Origin: Candidatus Omnitrophota bacterium
Lineage (GTDB): Bacteria > Omnitrophota > Omnitrophia > Omnitrophales > Aquincolibacteriaceae
DNA length: 64,000 nucleotides
NCBI GenBank assembly: GCA_043732705.1
Contig: JAYTHE010000032.1
Location: 2,005 to 66,004, forward strand
Direction: 5' to 3'
The position numbers and the translations under genes were made by a program. Position 1 is the stretch's first letter. The number at the start of each line of letters is the position of its first letter. This document shows, piece after piece, positions 54,244 through 64,000 of the stretch. The notes under the pieces were generated by a model. The model saw only the letters and a list, made by a program, of their open reading frames with translations. It made no database searches and was not told where the DNA came from.

Positions 54244-55470
54244 ATGAAAAAGTGTTGTTTTTTTATTTTAACGTTGTTTTTTTGGTGTATTGCAACTATT
54301 TCGTCTGCGGACACTAACCGTAACGCGGCAATTCGTGATGAAGCGGTTGATGCACAGGTCTTTACATCGGTTGGGGATTCAAGCACAAGTGATGGCAAAG
54401 CGATTGTTTATCAGCTCGAGGGTAAAGCGGTCATTACACCCAAAGGTAGTCCGATCGAAAGACATTTAAAGGTCGGCGATCTGATTCAAATCGGAGATTC
54501 GGTTTTTACAGAAAAAGGCGCTAGTCTTTCGATTAGTTTTGATACGCGCAAACAGAATGCCGTGCGTATTCCGGCTGAAACTAAGGCAACTTTCACAAGC
54601 ATTGAGCCGACAAACATTAAACTCGATGATGGAACTATCTTCAGCGTGGTGAATGGACTTGCAAAAGGTAGCACTTGGAAAGTAACCACACCCACGGCTG
54701 TTGCGGCTGTCCGTGGAACAGTTTTTGAAACTACTTATCACGCCGACACTAAAGAGTTTTTTGCCGCAACTCTCGAAGTTTCGGATGACGGAAAAAATTC
54801 AGCAATCGAGGTTGAATCACTTACAGGTGAAGATATGGCTAAGGTTGTTGAAGGTAAAGAAATTTCATTTAAAGAAGGCGAGATCCCGAGCCAACAAATG
54901 GTGCAAGATTTCAGTGCTGAAAAAATGGCAGAAGTGCAGCAGTTTCATCAGGAAATCTCCGCCGAGCGCGATAAAGAATCGGATGACAAATCAAAAGGGC
55001 CAGGAGGTCCGAATGGTCCGGGCGGACCGAATGGCGGAAGTGGACCCGGCAGTACAAACGGAACCGCGGCAAATGCGGCTTCCAATAATACAAATCCCAT
55101 GGCTGCATCGAATCTGATGAATACGGTCGGAAGCAGCGGGGCCAACGCATTGGGCGTGGGCGGCTTAGCCGGTTTGATTGGTACGGAAAGAACCGTCAGT
55201 TTTACTGGCGGAGCTGAAAGTGCCGTTGATGTATCGAACGTGGAGGGGTTAAGCGCCAAGAATGAAGCCTTTAAGGAGTTAATTCAAACCCCCACTCCCG
55301 AACGAATTGATCGGCTTGAAACAACAGGAACGGCCGGCGGGGGAAACTTTAAAACGGTTTATGACCAGACTGTGGGTAATCCCGCGAACGTAAATATTTT
55401 TCCGGATTCGGCGGGCGGCGGCGGATGTGCGAGCGGAACATCCAGGTCTGCTTCAGGTGTATGCGTCTAG
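54244..55470 (+). CDS. Exported FecR-domain protein, paralog 3
   Basis: Signal peptide, GDSVFT and VTTPTAVAAVRGT. The Gly/Pro/Asn-rich tail ends CASGTSRSASGVCV. Confidence 0.82.
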   Translation: MKKCCFFILTLFFWCIATISSADTNRNAAIRDEAVDAQVFTSVGDSSTSDGKAIVYQLEGKAVITPKGSPIERHLKVGDLIQIGDSVFTEKGASLSISFDTRKQNAVRIPAETKATFTSIEPTNIKLDDGTIFSVVNGLAKGSTWKVTTPTAVAAVRGTVFETTYHADTKEFFAATLEVSDDGKNSAIEVESLTGEDMAKVVEGKEISFKEGEIPSQQMVQDFSAEKMAEVQQFHQEISAERDKESDDKSKGPGGPNGPGGPNGGSGPGSTNGTAANAASNNTNPMAASNLMNTVGSSGANALGVGGLAGLIGTERTVSFTGGAESAVDVSNVEGLSAKNEAFKELIQTPTPERIDRLETTGTAGGGNFKTVYDQTVGNPANVNIFPDSAGGGGCASGTSRSASGVCV

Positions 55471-55494
55471 AAGCAGCCGTAAAAAATTAATTTT

Positions 55495-55529
55495 AGGGCC
55501 GCGGATTATTTTATATCCGCGGCCCTTTT
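55495..55529 (+). terminator. Intrinsic terminator
   Basis: agggccgcggat...atccgcggccct followed by a T-rich tract. Confidence 0.8.
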
Positions 55530-55590
55530 CTGTTTTATTTAGCGATCCTCGACGAGACTCGGTTCGTGAGAACTGTTATATTATTTACCC

Positions 55591-56319
55591 ATGAAAAAAG
55601 CAATTGTGATTGGAACCAGTACGGGAATCGGGAAAGCGCTTGTTTTTGAGCTCCACAAACAAGGTTATAGCGTCGGATTAACCGGGCGAAATCTGGATGC
55701 GATGCAGGCTATTCAAACCGAGCTTGGCGAGCATATGTCGATTGAAGTCTTGGATGTTCGCAATCCCGAAACCGCGATGGAAGCGTTAAAGCGCTTGATT
55801 ACAAAGATGGGTGGGCTGGATCTGATTGTTTTTAATGCCGGCGTACTTATTGCTAATCCTGATTTTGAATGGAAAGCTGAGCGAGAGACGACGGCCGTGA
55901 ATGTGCTTGGTTTCCAGGCCATGGCCAATGTTGCCTGCCATTTTTTTGAGAAGCAGGGTTATGGACAAATAGTCGGAATTTCTTCGATTGCCTCGCATCG
56001 CGGCACGGCACGCTCGCCGAGTTACAATGCTTCAAAAGCATTTGTTTCGATTTACATGGAAGGTTTGCGGCAGCGTTATTTCGGGACAAAAATTAAAATC
56101 ATTGATATCCGTCCGGGCTTAATTGATACGCCCATGACGGAAAAAATCCGACATAAATTTTGGAGTGTGCCGGCGGAGCAATGCGCGCGTGATATTCTCA
56201 AAGCTGTGAAGCAAAATAGAAAAACGGCCTATGTGCCCGCGCGCTGGTGGGGAATCGCGCAAATTTTTAAAATAATCCCTGAATTTATTTACCATAATCT
56301 TTACCGCCGCTATGCGTAA
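55591..56319 (+). CDS. Short-chain dehydrogenase/reductase
   Basis: GTSTGIG, NAG, SS and YNASK. Confidence 0.9.
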   Translation: MKKAIVIGTSTGIGKALVFELHKQGYSVGLTGRNLDAMQAIQTELGEHMSIEVLDVRNPETAMEALKRLITKMGGLDLIVFNAGVLIANPDFEWKAERETTAVNVLGFQAMANVACHFFEKQGYGQIVGISSIASHRGTARSPSYNASKAFVSIYMEGLRQRYFGTKIKIIDIRPGLIDTPMTEKIRHKFWSVPAEQCARDILKAVKQNRKTAYVPARWWGIAQIFKIIPEFIYHNLYRRYA

Positions 56320-56841
56320 GTTGACCCATCTCGAACTACAAGCGCGTCAAGATGCCATCCGATCTGATGGTGAAAAAATTCCCCTGATGTTGATATTGAA
56401 TAATATCCGCTCGCTTTATAATGTTGGTTCTATTTTTAGAACAGCGGACGGCATCGGAGCGCAAAAAATCTACTTATGCGGAATCACGCCGATTCCGCCG
56501 GATAATCAAATCACAAAGACCGCGCTTGGGGCGGAAAAAACGGTGCCGTGGAAGTTTTTCGAGTGCGCTGTCGATGCCGTGCGCCAGGCTAAATCAGAAG
56601 GGTATAAAATTATTTTGTTGGAGCAAACGCAAAGCAGCGTAGTTCATCAGAACTTTATTCCTGCGGGGCCGGTTTGCCTGGTGCTTGGAAATGAAAACTC
56701 CGGAGTGAGCGACGAGCTTTTGGCGCTTTCGGATGGTTCGATTGAAATCGAGATGGCAGGTCTCAAGAATTCATTGAATGTCAGCGTTGCTTTCGGAGTC
56801 GTCGGCTACGATTTGCGTAATAAGCTAAAATCTTCGCTGAA

Positions 56842-56845
<4 letters not shown>
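56312..56845 (+). CDS. SpoU/TrmH family RNA methyltransferase
   Basis: [16 protein letters not shown] and SLNVSVA. Confidence 0.9.
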
Positions 56846-59416
<2,571 letters not shown>

Positions 59417-59418
59417 TT

Positions 59419-60483
59419 ATGAAAATCAAAAAAGCTTCGGCGAAGATTTGGCGTGCCGAATTGAATCAGCCTTTTAAAATAGCTACCGGCGCTCATTCCA
59501 TTCTTGAAAATGTATTGCTTGCCGTCGAACTTGAAGACGGGACTCGGGGATACGGTGAGGCGCCTGTCGCCACGCATATTACCGGGGAAACAGTTAAGCA
59601 AACGCTTGCGAATCTCAAAAAGTGCGCGGAGCAAATTCAGGGACGCAGTATTTTTGATTATGCGGATTTTTACCCGGCATGGGAAAAGCTTTTCAAAGAA
59701 AATAAATGCGGGATGGCGGCGGCGGAAATGGCCGTATTTGATGCGTTGACCCGTAAATTAAAAATGCCGTTTTGGAAATGTTTTGGGGATAAACCTGAAA
59801 TTTTAAAAACAGATTTGACAATAGTGGTCGGTTCTTCGGAAGAGGCGCGGCTTGCTGCCGAGAAAATTCACGAGCTGGGGATTTTGACATTGAAGATTAA
59901 AATCGGAAAAAATCCCGAGATGGATTTGGAGCGTGTAAAAGCGGCGGCAAAAGTTTCACCTTACAGCCGCATTTACCTGGACGCAAATCAAGGATTTACC
60001 GTGAAATCCATTCTGAAGCTGATTGATGATTTGGCTCAAATTAAAATTATTCCGGAATTGATCGAACAGCCTGTGCCGAAGCATGATTTGAAAGGCTTGA
60101 TTGAAATTAGCCGCAAAACAAAAATTATGATTTGCGCGGATGAAAGTGCTTCATCGCCGGATGATGTTCGGAAGCTGGTGAAGATGGGGTTTAAAGGCGC
60201 GGTTAATATTAAGTTTGTGAAATTTGGTATTCGCGGCGCATGCGAGGCGGTTGCGATCGCAAAAGAGGCCGGTTTGAAACTAATGATGGGGGTGATGATG
60301 GAGTCACCGCTTGCAACGACGGCCGCGGCCCATTTTGCGGCGGCGCTCGGCGGCTTTGATTTTATTGATTTGGATTCACCCTATTTTATGAAAGAGCAGA
60401 TTACTCGCGGTTTCTCAATCGGTGCTGGCGGCGTTTATGACTTGAGGAAGATTAAAGCCGGCATCGGTGTTGAACCTTCATGA
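59419..60483 (+). CDS. Dipeptide (L-Ala-D/L-Glu type) epimerase, enolase superfamily
   Basis: PFKIA, GYGEA, KIK, DANQG, EQP, ADES, NIK and DLD. Confidence 0.88.
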   Translation: MKIKKASAKIWRAELNQPFKIATGAHSILENVLLAVELEDGTRGYGEAPVATHITGETVKQTLANLKKCAEQIQGRSIFDYADFYPAWEKLFKENKCGMAAAEMAVFDALTRKLKMPFWKCFGDKPEILKTDLTIVVGSSEEARLAAEKIHELGILTLKIKIGKNPEMDLERVKAAAKVSPYSRIYLDANQGFTVKSILKLIDDLAQIKIIPELIEQPVPKHDLKGLIEISRKTKIMICADESASSPDDVRKLVKMGFKGAVNIKFVKFGIRGACEAVAIAKEAGLKLMMGVMMESPLATTAAAHFAAALGGFDFIDLDSPYFMKEQITRGFSIGAGGVYDLRKIKAGIGVEPS

Positions 60484-61619
60484 TCTCGATCATCTTCGCG
60501 ATTTTCTTTATTTTGGGGCTCGAAGTCTTTTTGCTGGGCCTTGCTGTTTTTCCGCGTACGAAGAATTGGTTTTCAATTATCCCCGTTATTTTTTGGCTTT
60601 ATTTTCTACCGTCTGTTTTCGCGAAGTTCGGAATTCTGCATATTCCCGAAACTTTGGCTTCATTTGCTTCGAGTTGGCTGCTGCCGCTGGCACTCATTCT
60701 GATGATTGCTCCCGCCAATGTCGGGCAATTAATGAAAATGGGAAAAACAAGTTTCGTAACTTTATGCGCGGTTTATTTTACGGTCTTGACGGGGGGATTA
60801 ATCAGTTTTCTTATTTTTCGTTCGACGCTTGCGGCAGATGCTTGGGAGGCCTTTGCGGCACTCGGCGCAACTTGGACGGGCGGCACGGTGAATATGCTCG
60901 CTGTCAAAGAAATAGTTAATTTAAGCGACAGTCACTTCTCAGTCCTGATTTTAACGGATGCTTTTATATCTTACGGATGGATGGCAATTTTAATGTTGGC
61001 CTTTCGTTGGAGCAAACATCTCGATCAATGGACGGCTTCTGAAGCTTCACAGCAGAAAAGTGATGAGTCAAGCCGGGGCTTGCCTTGGTTTCATTTTTAT
61101 GATGCCGTTTGGGTTTTGGCCGCTGTACTTTTGGTTTGGGGTTCACGGTCGCTTGCTTCCTTCATGCCAGCGACCGAAACGTTTCCGATCAAAGCTTGGG
61201 TTTTGCTTTGGGCTTCAGTCTTGGCGCTGCTTGCGGCAAGTGCGGGCTGGCATAAACTTTTGTGCAGCCGTTTTTCCCGTGAGTTCGGACTTTGGCTTTT
61301 ATATTTTGTTTTAATCGCAATTCGTGCAAACGCAGATTTCTCAATCGGAATTAAAGACTTTATGATCATGGCTGCGGCACTAGTTTGGATTTTAATCCAC
61401 GGTGCTTTAATGCTGGTTTATGCCAAAGTTTTTCGTGTCCGCTTCGCGATGGTTGCGACCGCAAGTCAGGCGGCGATTGGGGGAGTCATTTCCGCACCGG
61501 TTGTCGCCGCACTTTACGACCCGACTTTGATATCCGCTGCGGTGCTTATGGGGATATTTGGTAATTTAGTTGGGACTTATCTGGGCCTTCTTTTGGGGCA
61601 TATCATTCGCTTGCTTTAG
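60480..61619 (+). CDS. DUF819-like membrane protein (putative transporter)
   Basis: Multi-TM protein with ATWTGG..N and ASQA.IGG..SA. Confidence 0.78.
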   Translation: MISIIFAIFFILGLEVFLLGLAVFPRTKNWFSIIPVIFWLYFLPSVFAKFGILHIPETLASFASSWLLPLALILMIAPANVGQLMKMGKTSFVTLCAVYFTVLTGGLISFLIFRSTLAADAWEAFAALGATWTGGTVNMLAVKEIVNLSDSHFSVLILTDAFISYGWMAILMLAFRWSKHLDQWTASEASQQKSDESSRGLPWFHFYDAVWVLAAVLLVWGSRSLASFMPATETFPIKAWVLLWASVLALLAASAGWHKLLCSRFSREFGLWLLYFVLIAIRANADFSIGIKDFMIMAAALVWILIHGALMLVYAKVFRVRFAMVATASQAAIGGVISAPVVAALYDPTLISAAVLMGIFGNLVGTYLGLLLGHIIRLL

Positions 61620-61636
61620 GTCTAGCCTCGTAATCC

Positions 61637-61685
61637 TGTCCACCTCCCGGTAGTGGACAAATTGTCCACTACCGGGAGGTGGACA
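61637..61685. repeat. Perfect 24-bp-arm palindrome made of two inverted REP-like units
   Basis: tgtccacctcccggtagtggacaa-a-ttgtccactaccgggaggtggaca. Each arm is itself tgtccac-N9-gtggaca. Confidence 0.85.
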
Positions 61686-61741
61686 CAGGTATTTCATGTT
61701 GTGTGTTTTAAGATTCGTGATATCTGCCGATAAAGAGCTGT

Positions 61742-62668
61742 ATGATTACAGCTATTCCCAAATCAGGCGAAGTGCATGTTTTGCTCGACCAATTTTCAGA
61801 TTATCTTACTGTTGAAAAAGGTTTAGCGCGCAATTCCATTGATGCTTACCGCAGTGATTTGCTGCATTACCATCAAAGTTTGGTTGAACAAAAAGTCCGC
61901 GATTGGGCTAAGGTTGACCGCGCGCATATTATCCATTTTTTAGCGGATGAAGATAAGCGCGGGCTGGAGGCGACATCTCGCGCAAGAGCATTGGTAAGTA
62001 TTAAACTCTTCCATCGTTTTCTCACCAAAGAACGTTATTTAAAGGAAGACGTAACGAGCGTGCTCGAAGCGCCGAAGACTTGGAAAAAACTGCCGCAATT
62101 TTTGACGCAAACCGAAATGGAAGAAATACTGAAGCAGCCCCGGACGCGGACGCCGCGCGGTTTACGCGATCGCGCAATTTTGGAAATTCTTTATGCCGCG
62201 GGCGCACGTGTTTCCGAAGTAGCAGGTTTGCTGAAAGACAATGTTTTTTTAAGCGAGTCATTTATCAAATGCCGGGGCAAGGGAAGTAAGGAGCGTTTGG
62301 TTCCGCTTGGAAAGACTGCGGTACAATTCGCCAATGCGTACTTGGTGATGCGTGAAGAACTTTATGGCGGCAAGCTTCCCAAATCGACTTGTCCCAATTT
62401 TTTTCTGAATCCGCGAGGGCAGCCGATCTCGCGCCAATTCGTTTGGAAAATTGTAAAAAAATACGCGCTTGCTGCCGGTATTTCAAAATTGATTACACCG
62501 CATACTTTCCGTCATTCTTTCGCGACGCATTTACTTGAAAATGGCGCAGATTTGCGCGTGGTTCAAGAGTTGCTGGGTCATTCGGATATTTCAACGACAC
62601 AAATTTACACGCATGTGTCGCGAGACCGGCTTCGCAAAGTCCATGCTGAGTTTCATCCCCGCGGCTGA
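61742..62668 (+). CDS. xerD: Tyrosine recombinase XerD
   Basis: EKGLARNS..AY..DL, RDRAILE.LYA.G.RVSE, GKGSKERLVP, HTFRHSFATHLL..GADLR.VQELLGH and TTQIYTHV. Confidence 0.9.
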   Translation: MITAIPKSGEVHVLLDQFSDYLTVEKGLARNSIDAYRSDLLHYHQSLVEQKVRDWAKVDRAHIIHFLADEDKRGLEATSRARALVSIKLFHRFLTKERYLKEDVTSVLEAPKTWKKLPQFLTQTEMEEILKQPRTRTPRGLRDRAILEILYAAGARVSEVAGLLKDNVFLSESFIKCRGKGSKERLVPLGKTAVQFANAYLVMREELYGGKLPKSTCPNFFLNPRGQPISRQFVWKIVKKYALAAGISKLITPHTFRHSFATHLLENGADLRVVQELLGHSDISTTQIYTHVSRDRLRKVHAEFHPRG

Positions 62669-62786
62669 CCTAGTGTGCGACGCTCGATAAAGCTCGCGTC
62701 GCAAAAGCATCCTCCTATTGCGGAATTTTAAAATTTTTTTTCTAGTTAAAGCCTGCCCTGTAAAATAGTTACGATTTCTATTTTTC

Positions 62787-62833
62787 CCACTATATCTAGT
62801 GCAATTGACAAGCCATGCCCCTATGGCTATACT
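62787..62833 (+). promoter_or_regulatory. Sigma70 promoter for tRNA-Glu/purB with an adjacent NrdR-box-like palindrome
   Basis: TTGACA(62805)-17 nt-TATACT(62828). ccactatatctagtgc lies at 62787-62802, and AGCCAT-N6-ATGGCT spans the spacer. Confidence 0.7.
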
Positions 62834-62924
62834 TGGCTCTCTTTTAGAAGGCACAGGTTGAGAGACTTGCTTTCTTAAGTGGTTCGCCTTGAATGAGATG
62901 CGTGCTTTAGCTGAACAATTATAT

Positions 62925-63002
62925 GTCGCTATCGTCTAGCCCGGTCTAGGACGCTGCCCTCTCAAGGCGGAAACACGGGTTCAAGTCCCGTTAGCGATAC
63001 CA
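62925..63002 (+). tRNA. tRNA-Glu (anticodon CTC)
   Basis: Acceptor stem gtcgcta/tagcgat, anticodon arm ctgcc-ctCTCaa-ggcgg, T-arm acggg-ttcaagt-cccgt and an encoded CCA. Confidence 0.95.
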
Positions 63003-63026
63003 AACCTAAATGGTGGATGGTGCATT

Positions 63027-64000
63027 GTGATTAACCGATATACGCGCCCGGAAATGGGTGCGATTTGGTCTGAACAGAATAAGCTTCAAAAGTGGCTCGA
63101 TGTCGAGATTGCCGCGCTGTATGCACTTGCGAAACACGACTACATTCCTAAAAATATTCCCGCGCAAGTTAAGAAAAAAGCCAAGTTTACTGTTGAGCGC
63201 ACGCTTGAAATCGAAAAAGTTGTGAATCATGACGTGATTGCGTTTCTTACCAATGTTGCCGAGCATGTCGGGCCCGCCAGCCGTTATGTACATTACGGTT
63301 TAACTTCTTCGGATATTCTCGATACGGGGCTTGCTTTGCAAGTTTGGGATGCTTCCAAATTGATTCGCCAGGAAATCGTCAAGTTAATTGATGCTTTGGG
63401 TATCAAGGCACGCGAACATGAAAGAACTTTGATGGTGGGGCGTTCACATGGCGTGCATGCTGAACCGATTACTTTTGGTTTGAAGCTGGCTGTTTTTTAC
63501 GCAGAATTTAACCGCAACTTGGTACGTTTCGATGCGGCGGCGGAAAATATGCGTTACGGACAAATGTCCGGCGCGGTCGGAACTTTTGCGCACATTGATC
63601 CCAAAGTTGAAAAAGACGCCTGCAAGCTTTTAGGTCTTAATCCCGCGCCGGCTTCGACGCAGGTATTGCAGCGTGACCGCCACGCCGAATATATGACGAC
63701 CCTTGCTGTACTTGCGGGGTCATTAGAAAAACTTGCGACTGAAATGCGCGGATTACAGAAAACCGAAACGCTAGAAGTTCAGGAGTATTTTGCTGCCGGG
63801 CAAAAAGGTTCGTCAGCCATGCCGCATAAGCGCAATCCGATTACCTGTGAACGTATCGCGGGATTGGCACGTATTATTCGCGGCAATGCCATGGCCGCGC
63901 TTGAGAATATTGCTTTGTGGCATGAACGCGATATCACGCATTCTTCGGTTGAACGCGTTATTTTTCCTGACACTACTATATTGGTACATTACATGCTCAC
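63027..64000 (+). CDS. purB: Adenylosuccinate lyase (truncated at the window edge)
   Basis: GTG start MINRYTRPEM, HDVIAF, H.GLTSSD, GRSHGVHAEP and the signature SSAMPHKRNP. Confidence 0.95.
   Translation, partial: MINRYTRPEMGAIWSEQNKLQKWLDVEIAALYALAKHDYIPKNIPAQVKKKAKFTVERTLEIEKVVNHDVIAFLTNVAEHVGPASRYVHYGLTSSDILDTGLALQVWDASKLIRQEIVKLIDALGIKAREHERTLMVGRSHGVHAEPITFGLKLAVFYAEFNRNLVRFDAAAENMRYGQMSGAVGTFAHIDPKVEKDACKLLGLNPAPASTQVLQRDRHAEYMTTLAVLAGSLEKLATEMRGLQKTETLEVQEYFAAGQKGSSAMPHKRNPITCERIAGLARIIRGNAMAALENIALWHERDITHSSVERVIFPDTTILVHYML

Noticed and set aside
54997-55050. Collagen-like GPGGPNGPGGPNG stretch
   Set aside because: Too short for a triple helix, so treated as a low-complexity linker.
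61742-63002. Integrase next to a tRNA as a prophage or island boundary
   Set aside because: The protein has the size and motifs of housekeeping XerD, I saw no duplicated tRNA 3' end, and there are no phage genes.

Overview
Bacterial chromosomal window of about 55 genes, most on the + strand. The gene content suggests a diderm, possibly Omnitrophota-like organism; this is an inference. (1) 1-15.4 kb: the tail of a repeat-containing protein and a duplicated-domain membrane protein lead into a divergent F-type ATPase-like cluster in a non-canonical order (alpha, short epsilon, c, b-delta fusion, gamma, beta, with no subunit a). This runs directly into a type II secretion/type IV filament operon (GspE with a C-terminal PilZ domain, GspF, GspG, minor pseudopilins, PilM-N, PilO, TPR). 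(2) 15.4-43 kb: a large glycosylation region containing an STT3/PglB-type oligosaccharyltransferase whose WWDYG motif reads WWPPG, a displaced gspK, several GT-C and GT2 enzymes, and a GT-C/phosphoribulokinase-like fusion with aldolase, nucleotidyltransferase, phosphodiesterase and HAD genes. (3) 43-49.5 kb: a glpD-like gene, exbB-exbD-tonB and a photolyase. (4) 49.5-55.5 kb: a tiny lipoprotein, a Slam-like TPR/beta-barrel, three FecR-domain paralogs that all end in a Cys pair, and a LapG-like cysteine protease downstream of a c-di-GMP-I riboswitch. (5) 55.6-64 kb: housekeeping genes (SDR, SpoU, acyP, ligA, dipeptide epimerase, xerD, tRNA-Glu, purB). Several small non-coding repeats and palindromes are also present. 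All family assignments come from motifs read by eye, not from database searches.
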